Shown here: one piece after another, positions 1 through 12,900 of the stretch
Numbering within the stretch: position 1 is the stretch's first letter
How the letters are laid out: the number at the start of each line of letters is the position of its first letter
DNA from: Mizuhopecten yessoensis
Lineage: Eukaryota
Direction: 5' to 3'
DNA: 64,000 nt
Assembly (NCBI RefSeq): GCF_002113885.1
Contig: NW_018406552.1
Coordinates: forward strand, 960,522 to 1,024,521
Position numbers and translations under genes: made by a program
The notes under the pieces: model-generated
Databases searched by the model: none
Seen by the model: only the letters and a program-made list of their open reading frames with translations
What the model was told of the DNA's origin: nothing

Positions 1-1433
1 AGAGGTGCTCGTTATCCTTCTCCGATTCCACTTGGTCCTTAGTTCTCAGCCAGGCGGCCATGTCGGAATTTGACGGTTAAAGTTTGTTCCCGCTATTTCT
101 CGGAAAGTACTTGAAAAATCATTTCTTTTTATACAGATTCATCTAGAATCGGCTCTTAGTTAAAAAGATTTCATTTTGCAGTTCGATCATTCTTAAATTT
201 TATTTTTTGAAGTTTGCTATTGTCATTTTTCAGAAAGTGAAGCACATATTTTTTTTTATTTCCTTTTTAATCAGAAGGTTCTCCCTGTTTCTAAGTTTTA
301 TTTTGAGCTTTTAGCTGATGGAACAGATTTTTTTTACTACTTGAAGAAATCAGAAATCTCTCCCTTTTTTAACAAATTAGTAACTATTCTAGTAAAATGA
401 CAATACCAAGCCCAGCAGTACGACGTTTTGATCGAAGTTGCCTGGAGTTGCATTCACTATTGACAAGATTATGCATTCAATGTCAAACTTGAAAAGGCTA
501 AGATCAACATATTTTCCAAGAATAAATTACACTTAGAGCTGAATAAACTTTTGTATGTAACAGTACGAAAGTATCAGAAAACAAGGCAAAGTCCTGCCAG
601 GCAATCCATACTCCCCACCCCGCTGTTCACCTACCTCAGGATCAACCTACTGTAAAGAACATATCCTGATAAAGAATCGGTAAATTTCTGTCCAATGAAT
701 GTACCTGCATACTGAATCTGGTTACCCTTGGTCAAATATTATTCAATGACTGAAGTCAGAGGTTAAAGCATATACAGATATCAGTGATCTGCTCCTCATA
801 GAAACAGTATAGAAGATATGGGAAAACCCCGTTTTTAAAAGGTCAAGGTCAAGGGTGAAAGCCTAGGTCACAGCGATCTATTCTTGCACTCTATGCATAT
901 CAGATGTAGTTAGTACATGCGACATAGAAGATATATGCTTCAAGGACTTTTTTAGCATATCAAATCATTATTAAAGACCTTCGCCTGATGTTCATGATCA
1001 CAATCAGAAATTCAAATATCATTTTTTGTGTGTGTGTCGATTAGTCTATTTGAATTTTAACTTTGTATACTTTTAAAAGTGGACTTGAAGCCGACAATTA
1101 TTACAAAAGTAGTCAGGGGCAGGCCTACACTCTCCTAACAGTAAATTTTAGGATCCCTGTCCCATTGTACTTTGTTTTTCCCCTATATACAGTAACCTCC
1201 TCTTAACTTTACCATCGTATGGCATTGTCACTATATAACCCTACCAAATTCAGTTGGCATTCATATAGGCTAGGAATGCCATGGACCCATTGTTGACGTC
1301 ATAATTGTAACGTTGGATACCACTGGCCCTCCCTGGGTGATAGCTGTTCTATTCATTGAACAAGCATACACCATACATACAAACAAAATGCTGAATATTA
1401 ATGTGTAATTGAATTTTCTATGATGGTTAATGC

Positions 1434-1637
1434 AAGTATTGAACTGCTTTCAGTTGGTATTCATAGGCAGTATGAATTCCAACTGGACAAAGACAAATGT
1501 AACGCTAGTTTCATAGAATTTGCCTTTGTCCAGTTGGCATTCATATTGCCTATGAATGCCANCTCGTTTCATAGAATTTGCCTTTGTCCAGTTGGCATTC
1601 ATATTGCCTATGAATAACTGAAAGCAGTTCAATGCTT
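1434..1637. mobile_element. Foldback/MITE-like element with roughly 60-bp terminal inverted repeats
   Basis: AAGTATTGAACTGCTTTCAGTT... pairs with ...AACTGAAAGCAGTTCAATGCTT. An internal duplication next to the single N at 1562 is probably an assembly artefact. Confidence 0.7.
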
Positions 1638-1840
1638 AAATAACTAGCACAGTTTGGCCAGGTAGCTAAATTGCTTAGAACGATAGTATAACAATCTGAA
1701 GTCCAGATTTGAATTCCAGTCTTGCTCCGCTGAATTTGTTTCCAATCAAAACACTATTGTTGATCATATTTCTTTTATTTCATTCTTTTAACTTATCTTT
1801 AATGTCCTGCAATGTATGGTTTTCTTTCCTGAAATTATAT

Positions 1841-3197
1841 AACAAGAGAACCCCGAGGGATCTTGGCGCCCACCATTGTACCATCTTCATTAGTTCTTTC
1901 TTTTCTCTTCTTTCCTCTAATCTGTTTGATCCAGTCATGTTAACAATAAATGCACCTTGAGGTAACTTTTGATCTAAACTTAATACTGATGTGTATGAAA
2001 GACAACCTTCAAAGTGAGTTTGTATTTCACATATTGACTAGTACAGTACTTAATGTGAAAGAAATAGAATGATCATTGCAATATGAGAAAGATCTGTTTA
2101 GTTCTTCCTTTAGCCATTTTGTTTTTATGATCAGTCTCAAAATATAACATGCACAACAAGGGAGCAAGGGGAACCTACATATCAAATTTGAGAAAGATCC
2201 CTCAAGTTATTCCTGAGAAATAGTACTAACAAACCTTCAATGTCAAAAATCAAAGATGGCTGTCGGTAGGCCATTTTGTTTAACTGATCAGTTTCAAAAG
2301 TAAACATGAACAATAAAGGACAGTGGGGAACCTGCCGGCCAAATAAAAAAAATTGGGCGAGTAAAAAATTTGAAGCACTTGCCCAAATGACATATTGATG
2401 GCCGAAATAATTTTGGGAAGAAATATTTCCACAGCATTTAACACAATGCTTCAGCACATTTAAATTACATATAACATGACAATGTTTGTAATATGTAAAA
2501 CAGAATAAAACATATTTTTAATTCTTCAACCCTAGTTAAAACCCGACATGATCCAGTCCATTCAGGTCTTCCCAAAATGAAATACACAAAACCCGCACCT
2601 CAAAGAAGAAACCCTGGCAGTATTTATATAGAAAATCTGAAAAAAAAATCATCACATTTTCTAAATCACGGACAGTTCGATTCAAATCGAAGTAATGACA
2701 GCTGAAAAGTACTGCCCCCCCCCAGTTAATGTGGAAGGGACTATAATTTCTTTTATTCATTAATTTTTTGACAGTCGCCCAAACTATTTTTGTTGGGCCA
2801 GTGACTACCTCACTTTTGACAACTTTTGGTTGAGCAAGACTTTAACTGCCATTGGCGAGCAGGCGACCGCCCATTTCAGGCACTGCTGCACAACAAGGGA
2901 ACAAGGGGAACCTACATATAAAATTTGAGAAAGATCCCTCTGGTACTTCCCGAGAAATAGCGATAACAAATTTTCACTATCAAAATCCAAGATGGCTGCC
3001 TGTCGGCTATGTTGTTTATCCGATCGGTCTCAAAAAGCCCTGCACAGCTAAGGACCAAGGGGAACCTACATATCAAATTTGAGAAAGATCCCTTTGGTAC
3101 ATTTTGAGAAATACTGATATCAAGAATTGTTTAAGGACGGACCACGGACGCAGGGTGATTTGAATAGCCCACCATCATCTGATGGTGGGCTAAAAAA
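1841..3197 (-). mobile_element. HINE/DINE-1-like non-autonomous Helentron element (with internal insertions)
   Basis: Hairpin/subTIR TAGCCCACCAT...ATGGTGGGCTA at 3165-3192; CGTC-type microsatellite near 3135-3150; matching subTIR at 1867-1876; terminal stem-loop at 1844-1864; internal repeats (GGGGAACCTACATATCAAATTTGAGAAAGATCCC); T-rich flanks. Confidence 0.75.
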
Positions 3198-3984
3198 GAT
3201 AGTCATGCCGGAAAAAGCTGTTTCCAACATTTAGATAGTCTTTGGCAGTCCCACTGCACTACCGGTATGTATTTTCCTATATACACTCTAACCTGTCAGG
3301 TAGAGCTAAGTGTAACAATCTGAAGTCCAGTGTTTGAATCCTGGTCTAGACCCACCTAATATTCAAGACTCGGAACACTGTTATTGATTATGTTTTGATA
3401 ATTTCGTCTGTATTATTTCTCATAGAAATTCCGCAAGGTATGGTTTACATTTCTGAAATGGTTTATCATAACTATAGGTTAAAACATTTTCCAACACTTC
3501 GTTAGTTTTTGGCAGTGGTACCGGGATCCTAACCAAAACCTTGTTTGAGGTTCATAAGAAAATTTCAAATCAAGAACAGCTATATTGTGATACTTCTGCA
3601 ACTTTTGATAATGGATTGTTTCGTGTAGTTTAAATATTTTATTTGACCGTTTACTTTTGTTCTACATAAGGCTAGTTGTAATTTCAATTCACCTGTTGAC
3701 ACAACAAAGCAATTAGTTTCAAATTAATTTTTATTGTTTTTTTCTTTTTACAGATGATTAGAGGGTACACAAATACAAAAACAAGCACATTTTATGAAAC
3801 AATTTTGTTCACAGTACACTGTACGTCTTCATAACAAGACATAACGCAATAATGCTTTTTTATCGTACCAGCATTCATTTCTTCAATACTCTTCTTCTTC
3901 TTCTTCCCATGTCGCAAGGAGCTGATAATATGAGCACTGTAAAAATGAAATTGAAATAAATATTTGTCCTAGAGTCTTTAAGAT

Positions 3985-6900
3985 CTATAGGGTGCCTCTC
4001 CTCAGGGCATCCTGGTAAGAGTTGCCCTCCTTCTGCTCTGGTGCTAGTTTGATCAAGTCGTCTATTCTCAGGATCGTGATGGCTGCCTCCGTAGCAAACT
4101 TCAGGGATTTGATCTTGGAAATAGTGGGTTCAAATACACCCTGCTTCTTGTTGTCCTTGACCTTACCTTCATACAGGTCAAGGCCGATCCTGTAATATAA
4201 TTGAGAAGGGGATTAAGACATGTTTGCCTCAGGTACATACACATCTACGTACACATACAACAGTTTATGTTTGTGTGTTGTCAAGGAATACAGGGAAAAT
4301 ATCAGTCTAATAGTTTGACGTGGATGAATGAAGTTATCGGAAATTTAACAATGGCTTCTGCTAAATGCACAAGCCGGGCACAAGTATTGTTGAGAGAGCT
4401 GAATAATACTGCTACAAGTGTCAATGACATACCAATCTCATATGGTGGATAAAGGGAAAGTGTCTACCGATCTGTCATTTTCAATCATAGACCTCTAGGT
4501 ATTGCAAAAAGTTACCCATTACATATTCCTCACCCCCCTCGGAGCAGCTCAAAACTTTTCTCGCCCAGCAGGACAGAAAAATTCTATCTCCGTAAAATAG
4601 ATCCATTTGACTCATCACTTTATGTTTAACAGCAAAGTCATTCTAGAACATACTAAGAAGACTCACCATCTGAGGTCTCGGTGTTCCTGTTTCGTCTGAG
4701 ACATGTTGTGGTAGGCGCGGAGCTTGGCGACTAGGTCGGTGGAGTCCTGAGCGGCATTTACGGCCAGCTGTTTGGGGATGACCAGTAGGGACCGCGCAAA
4801 CTCAGCAATGGCCAGCTGTTCTCGGGATCCCTGTAGCAGATTAAACATAAGGCTAGTTATCCTCAAATTGTAGTATGCAGGTTTACAATGCATTCAGTAG
4901 ACCTCTGAAAGTATTTTTTGACACCTTAATTTTAGCTTTCAGCTCACTTCCTCAACAGTCTGTCTGTCCTCAGAAAAAAATTAGAGTGTTTGTGATTACA
5001 ATCATCAAAATTAAATTCATATAGAATGTTCATCATCGGACAGATGGTTATTTATTACCATATAACCTCTTGGGTTTCCATTGGCTACTCGTCTTAACAT
5101 CCACTTTTCATGTCCTCCAATTAACTGATTTTTCTACCTTTTTTGTAGACATTAAGATTTTTTTATGGGGAAACACAGCAACATTTTCACAAAATTGGGT
5201 AAATACGTATATTTTCAAAGCAATGTAATATTTTCAAAACGATTATGAACCCTTAAAATGCTAAATTCTATATGAAAATATATATTCATCATTTGTAGAA
5301 TATGGGAACAAACAAAAAATTTCAATTTTGCGAACAATTATTTTTTCTCATATTGCAGTAAATTGTTATCAGTTCTTAATTCTCCTTTAGAAAACAGCCC
5401 TTAACAAATGCTAAATGTATACAACAAGCCATTCAGATTAATATGTCTCGCCTATGCCCCGCTTTGACCATCAATGCAATGCACAAATCGATCAGAGAAA
5501 CTAACTTAAACACAAAAACATAATGCTGATGGAGATGCTGACAAAGTCAATGGACCATGAAAGGTAGGCCGCATCCAGCATTTGATGCATGGACTGAGAT
5601 GTACTACCTAAGATGCATGTATGGTCCAAGTTTGGTTGGTCTAGCACATATACTTTTAGAGAAACTAACTTTAATGCAAAATCTTAAAGTTGATGGCGAT
5701 GCTGACAAAGTCAATGGACCATGAAAAGTAGGCTGCATCCAGCATTTGATGCATGTGTTGAGATGTACTACCTAAGGTGCATCTATGGTCTAGGTTTGGT
5801 TGGTTTAGCATTGGTACTTTCAGAGAAACTAACTTAATTGCAAAAACTTGACGCTGCCGTTGCCGGAAAGCAAACACCTAAGTCATGCTTCCACTTTGTG
5901 GCGAGACTACAACCCTTGTAATATTGCATAAAGACATCTCTCCAGCAAAAGAATAAACACAAATAAAAACCGAAAACTTATAAATGATTAAACCTCAGAA
6001 AAAAATTAGAGTGTTTGAATAGTACAATCATCAAAACTTCATAATCTATTTTCATCACAGGTCTAACAGCAAAGCAACACCTATGTTTACCTGTGACTAG
6101 AATCTTCTGATCAGTTTGATATTAAGACTTACAGCTCTGATAATCAAACAACATGAACATTTGTGTAGGGCGTAATCAATTGTATGGTTCAACCTGCTTC
6201 TGCTCTTCTCACAAGTTCTTAGGGTGTCAGCTACCACGGGGTGTATGTGAATTTAACAAATATCAATACCCTTATCCTAATCTTGATACATGTATAACTT
6301 CAGCTTGATCAAGTGACTAGTCAATAAATATAATGCAAAATATCTAAAAGACACCAGTACATCATATTTTATAAGTTGGTCTGACTGATTGTAAAAAAAT
6401 GACAAAATTCCATTTAATCAATCCAATATCAAGCTTTTACAGTGATTTATATTTCAGAAACGCTAACAAGAGCCTGGTAGTTGTCAATTATCAAACATCT
6501 CTACATATCAATGATTGGACTATGTGTCTAAGCTCTCTGTCTGTCCTCAGAAAAAAAATTAGAGTGTATTTTATTACAATCATCAAATTTATATTCATAA
6601 TGAAAGTTCATCACCGGACAGATATATCAGTATATTGAATTATAATCACTTTTATATAAATAACTTTATGTTACTGCTCAATATACACTCTTCTGGCTTA
6701 CTATCACAACATGCACTTTTCATCTTCATCTGCAGGGATATAAAATTCCACTAGCCTGATGCCTGGGGCTCGCAGATTATATGCCAGGACCAAAGGAAAT
6801 TTTAAATATTTACTAAATAAAGAAAACTTTGGAGGGCTAGTAATCTACATAAGAAACTGTTAATACAGTGGAATTTTCACAAAATTAGGAAAATGTGTAT

Positions 6901-9900
6901 TTTCAAAGCAATACAACATAAAGCAAAGTGTATGTAATTACTATATAGTGTATGCCGTCAACTAATATTCAATGTCATGATAAATTTGCCCTCATTAGCT
7001 ATAGGGGGTGCAAGAAAGGCCCACGTGAAACTGCAGCAAAACATTTCCCGGTATACATTAAATATTTTGTCCTCAGAAAAAAATTAGAGTGTTTGAATAA
7101 TACAATCATCAAAACTTCATAATCCATTTTCATCACAGGTCTAACAGCAAAGCAACACCTAATTTCACTAGCCTGATGCCTGGGGCTCTCAGATTATATG
7201 CCAGGACTAGAGGAAATTTTAAATATTAACTAGATAAAGAAAACTTAGGAGGGCTAGCAGAATTTTTTAAAATCTGCCTTTTTGGCTAGTACTTTAAATA
7301 GGAAACTGTTCACCCCTGATCCGTCTTCTTTCACAGAGACGGACATAGGGGCTTTTGATTGTGAAAATACAGTGGAATTTTCATAAAATTAGGAAAATGT
7401 ATATTTTCAAAGCAATAGAACATATAGCGAAGTGTATGTAATTACTATTTATTGTATGCTGTCAACTAATATTCAATGTCATGATAAATTTGCCCTCATT
7501 AGCTATAGGGAGAGCAAAAAAGGCCCAAGTTAAACTACGGCAAAACATTTCCCGGTATACACTAAATATTTTGTCCTCAGAAAAAAATTAGAGTGTTTGA
7601 GTGGAACAATCATCAAAACTTCATAATCCATTTTCATCACAGGTCTAACAGCAAAGCAATACCTATGTTTGCCTGTGACTAGAATCTTCTGATAAGTTTG
7701 ATATTAAGATTTACAGCTCTGATAATCAAACAACATGAACATTTGTGTAGGGCGTAATCAATTGTATGGTTCAACCTGCTTCTGCTCTTCTCACAAGTTC
7801 TTAGGGTGTCAGCTACCACGGGGTGTATGTGAATTTAACAAATATCAATACCCTTATCCTAATCTTGATACATGTATAACTTCAGCTTGACCACGTGACC
7901 AGTCAATAAATATAATGCAAAATATCTAAAAGCTACCAGTACATCCTACTTTATAAGTTGGTCCGACTGATTGTAAAAAAATTGGCAAAATTCCATTTAA
8001 TCAATCCAATATCAAGCTTTTACGGTGATTTATATTTCAGAAACGCCAACAAGAGCCTGGTAGTTGTCTATTATCAAACATCTCTAAATATCAATGTTTA
8101 GTCTAATCTCTAAATATAAATGTTTAGACTATGTGTCTAAGCTGTCTGTCTGTCCTCAGAAAAAAAATTAGAGTGTATTTTATTACAATCATCAAATTTA
8201 TATTCATACTGAAAGTTCATCACCGGACAGATATATCAGTATATTGTATTATAATTGGTTGTATGTATATGTAAATATCTTGATATACATTAAGTATGTT
8301 TTACCGTCTCAATACACTTCACCGGCTTATTATCACAACATGCACTTTTCATCTTCATCTGCAGGGATATACAATTCCACTAGCCTGATGCCTGGGGCTC
8401 GCAGATTATATGCCCGGACTAGAGGAAATTTTAAATATTTACTAGATAAAGAAAACTTAGGAGGGCTAGCAGAATGTTTCAAAATCTGCCTGTGGGCTTG
8501 TACTTCAAATATGAAACTGTTCACTCCTGACCCATCTTCTTTCACAGAGACATATATACAGCTTTTGATTGTGAAAATACAGTGGAATTTTCAAAAAATT
8601 AGGAAAATGTGTATTTTCAAAGCAATATAACAACATACAGCAAAATGTATGTAACTACTATATATTGTATGCTGTCAACTAATATTCAATGTCATGATAA
8701 ATTTGCCCTCATTAGGGGGAGCAAAAAAGGCACAAGTTAAACTGCAACAAATTTTCCTGGTATACACTAAATATTTTGTCCTCAGAAAAAAATTAGAGTG
8801 TTTGAAAGGTACAATCATCAAAACTTCATAATCCATTTTCATCACAGGTCTAACTGCAAAGCAACACCTAACTAATTCCACTAGCCTGATGCCTGGGGCT
8901 CTCAGATTATATGCCAGGACTAGAGGAAATTTTAAATATTTACTAGATAAAGAAAACTTAGGATGGCTAGCAGAGTTTTTTAAAATCTGCCTTTTTGGCT
9001 AGTACTTTAAATAGGAAACTGTTCACCCCTGATCCGTCTTCTTTCACAGAGACGGACATAAAGAAGCTTTTGATTGTGAAAATACAGTGGAATTTTCATA
9101 AAATTAGGAAAATGTATATTTTCAAAGCAATATAACATAGCATAGTGTATGTAATTACTATATATTCTATGCTGTCAACTAATATTCAATGTCATGATAA
9201 ATTTGCCCTCATTAGGGGGAGCAAAAAAGGCCCAAGTTAAACTGCGGCAAAACATTTCTCGGTATACACTAAATATTTTGTCCTCAGAAAAAAATTAGAG
9301 TGTTTGAAAGGTACAATCATCAAAACTTCATAATCCATTTTCATCACAGGTCTAACAGCAAAGCAACACCTATGTTTACCTGTGACTAGAATCTTCTGAT
9401 CAGTTTGATATTAAGACTTACAGCTCTGATAATCAAACAACATGAACATTTGTGTAGGGCGTAATCAATTGTATGGTTCAACCTGCTTCTGCTCTTCTCA
9501 CAAGTTCTTAGGGTGTCAGCTACCACGGGGTGTATGTCAATTNNNNNNNNNNNNNNNNNNNNNNNNNNNNNNNNNNNNNNNNNNNNNNNNNNNNNNNNNN
9601 NNNNNNNNNNNNNNNNNNNNNNNNNNNNNNNNNNNNNNNNNNNNNNNNNNNNNNNNNNNNNNNNNNNNNNNNNNNNNNNNNNNNNNNNNNNNNNNNNNNN
9701 NNNNNNNNNNNNNNNNNNNNNNNNNNNNNNNNNNNNNNNNNNNNNNNNNNNNNNNNNNNNNNNNNNNNNNNNNNNNNNNNNNNNNNNNNNNNNNNNNNNN
9801 NNNNNNNNNNNNNNNNNNNNNNNNNNNNNNNNNNNNNNNNNNNNNNNNNNNNNNNNNNNNNNNNNNNNNNNNNNNNNNNNNNNNNNNNNNNNNNNNNNNN

Positions 9901-12900
9901 NNNNNNNNNNNNNNNNNNNNNNNNNNNNNNNNNNNNNNNNNNNNNNNNNNNNNNNNNNNNNNNNNNNNNNNNNNNNNNNNNNNNNNNNNNNNNNNNNNNN
10001 NNNNNNNNNNNNNNNNNNNNNNNNNNNNNNNNNNNNNNNNNNNNNNNNNNNNNNNNNNNNNNNNNNNNNNNNNNNNNNNNNNNNNNNNNNNNNNNNNNNN
10101 NNNNNNNNNNNNNNNNNNNNNNNNNNNNNNNNNNNNNNNNNNNNNNNNNNNNNNNNNNNNNNNNNNNNNNNNNNNNNNNNNNNNNNNNNNNNNNNNNNNN
10201 NNNNNNNNNNNNNNNNNNNNNNNNNNNNNNNNNNNNNNNNNNNNNNNNNNNNNNNNNNNNNNNNNNNNNNNNNNNNNNNNNNNNNNNNNNNNNNNNNNNN
10301 NNNNNNNNNNNNNNNNNNNNNNNNNNNNNNNNNNNNNNNNNNNNNNNNNNNNNNNNNNNNNNNNNNNNNNNNNNNNNNNNNNNNNNNNNNNNNNNNNNNN
10401 NNNNNNNNNNNNNNNNNNNNNNNATATTTTCCTGTTTGCGTAGAGCACAAAGCCGTTTACTGGAAAGTTACATATTATGTAACACCCAAGTATTTCCACA
10501 TCAACCATGCCAAACCCTTCAAAACCTTTATTATCATCGTAGGTGACGATGGAGAATAAATGTTTACCATCATATGCATCGCTTCAATCTACACGTCCGC
10601 CATTTTTATGACTTTTTTTTCCGATTTGAAATTCTCTCGCACACCTTTGGTTATTAATTACTAGGGTACACTGCCGTGAATATCGAAAGTAATGACAAAA
10701 CAACCAATCAGAAGCCTTCTACTATACGCGTTCGGGTTTGGTATAGCAACAACCCGACTTCACACTTCCTGGCTACCGATCAAAACCTACAGACCGAAAA
10801 ACGACTATTGTCGTGCGTAGCAGTGAGGGCCCGACTTTTCAAAACGACTATTGTCGTGCGTAGCAGTGAGGGCCCGACTTTTCAAAACGACTATTGTCGT
10901 GCGTAGCAGCCTAAGGGTTAAATGACCTGCTTTTTCCTGTCATTAATTAACATACATACATGCATATGGTTTATACTGTCATATAATGAAAATAGGATTT
11001 CTTTTGCTTGCTATTTTCCCAAACATAAAATGATGTATTCCTGCTTATAACACATTGTGATATTAACCCTACTGCCTTTCTTATTATATTTTAAGTCGAA
11101 ATACACAATCTTACTTACCAGTGATGTAGCAAAATTCTCCAAGTAGATAGACAGGGCAGCCTCTACAGCCCCGCCCCCAGGAACGACTGACTTGGACTCC
11201 AAGACACGCTTCACCACACAAAGGGCATCATGGACAGACCGTTCCATCTCATCGCACATGAAGTCGTTGGCTCCACGTAGGAGGATGGAAGCTGCAGATC
11301 TTGCCTTGGTGCTAATGAAAAACAAGAGTATAATAATTATGATATGGGTTGACAAACATTAGGTAGAGCATCTTAACTCTATCCTGGCTGTGTAATGTAG
11401 CCGTCCCCAGTCAGAATAACAAGATTTGGTTTCACAGACGTAATACTTCTTACTTTAGGATGAAAAAGCGTAGTAAGGGGCAATAACTACGACTTACTAT
11501 GTATTCTGTCTTTGCATATTGCAGAGTTATCTTCTCTTGGGAGCAGGTATTGATTGTTACGTCACTTGTTTGTGAGAGTAACGTCATCAATTTATGAGAA
11601 AAAGACGTAATTTTCTCGCACAAACCAATGACGTAACAATCAATACCTGCTCACAAGAGAAGATAACTCTGCAATACGCAAAGACGGAATACACCAAGTG
11701 GCACTACACCGCCTGGGCATCAGTTCCTTTCTTGATGTTTCAGGCAGAGAACATAGGCATTCATTCATAATATAATTATTTGAATTTATTTATGTTGTTT
11801 TAAATGCAGTTATTCCCTGATGACGTAGGTTTATACAAAGAGGAATATAATAGTTATATAATTATGATATGGGCTATCAAATATTATGTATAGTATCTTA
11901 ACTCTCTTTCCAGCTGTGTAGTGCAATTGTCCCTAGTTGGCACACCAAGATTTGATTTCACAGACACAATATTCCTTATTTTGGGCTGGAAATTTGGGAT
12001 GAGACAAAAACAATATCCATCCTTAGGGCAAGATCACAGGATAGATTCAGAATCTCACTTCTGCAATAAAGTACCTCTGTCCCACTGCCGGTAAAACACT
12101 ACAGAATTCCACTGTAGTTTTTCATACATACAATAACCTCTACATTAGTTTCATTTTACATATAATTATAGTAGGACTTGCCAGGAAGCTATCACTGAAC
12201 ATTAAGCTCAGTTGGTCAGAGTGACAGACTGTGATCTGTGGTACTAAGTTTAAATCCCGTTCGTCTGTTGCTTTAATTCATTATTGTCAGAACACTGTCA
12301 TTGATTTCTTTATTTTAAATGTCATCTTTATTATCTTTCTTCATTAGAGTGCCGAGAGATATTGGTTTCTTTAGTGACATATTAAAACTTTGTCATGCTG
12401 GTGGCTGTTTCCAATTCATCGTTAGTTTTAACACTGGTATGAGATCTATAGGCCTATTAACTCATTTACCCCTGAAATTTCATAATGAACTATTCCAACC
12501 TTTGAATGGGAAAAGTTCAAATGTGTTTTTAGGGGTGAATAAGTTATGTGGGATTTTTTGGGGATTTTTTTGTGTGGAATTGATCAGGAAACCAATACAA
12601 TTGTCTTGATTACATGTGTACACCACTGACCCTTTAATGAGGATGAGTTCATCGTCCGAGATACGTTCCTGTATAACCTCCTCTGCCTGTCCAAGCATGC
12701 TCGCGTCAAAAGATTCCTCACCTTCTAAATTGGCCAGAGTCAAAACCAGTTGCCCTAAAAGTACAATACAACAATGGCGTTGAAATACAATCATCACTTT
12801 TCAAATATGTTATTTCATATATTTACAGTTGATTTTCCCTAACATCATGAATTCTTATACCGATGATCAGGAAATTTGAGGGTATTTGCCTTGGTTAAAA

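Larger units (their letters stand above)
5990..9542. repeat. Higher-order tandem repeat (about 1.6-1.7 kb unit with a roughly 503-bp subunit) carrying 3 snoRNAs per unit
   Basis: Spacings between equivalent copies: 5991 to 7573 (1582), 7573 to 9280 (1707), 7069 to 8778 (1709), 7069 to 7573 (504), 8778 to 9280 (502). The repeat runs into the gap. Confidence 0.95.

Noticed and set aside
6158-6252. Possible H/ACA snoRNA on the minus strand (AGAGCA, ACA; split match GTTCTTAG..GGTG to 18S), repeated at about 7740 and 9447
   Set aside because: The hairpins are only about 33-42 nt with almost no upper stem, and the match is short. It is not supportable without snoGPS or expression data.
5990-9542. 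Repeat-spacer appearance suggesting a CRISPR array
   Set aside because: This is a eukaryotic intron, the spacers are themselves repeated and hundreds of bp long, and there are no cas genes. The snoRNA boxes explain the conserved unit.
9386-10559. Five long ORFs (323-354 aa) in the ORF track
   Set aside because: They are artefacts of translating the N gap.
11325-11990. Duplicated segment of about 130 bp with apparent compensatory changes (TG/CA versus CA/TG) in a hairpin
   Set aside because: The pattern is explained by CpG deamination of an ancestral CG/CG palindrome. The G-T pairs favour the non-transcribed strand, and there are no snoRNA boxes.
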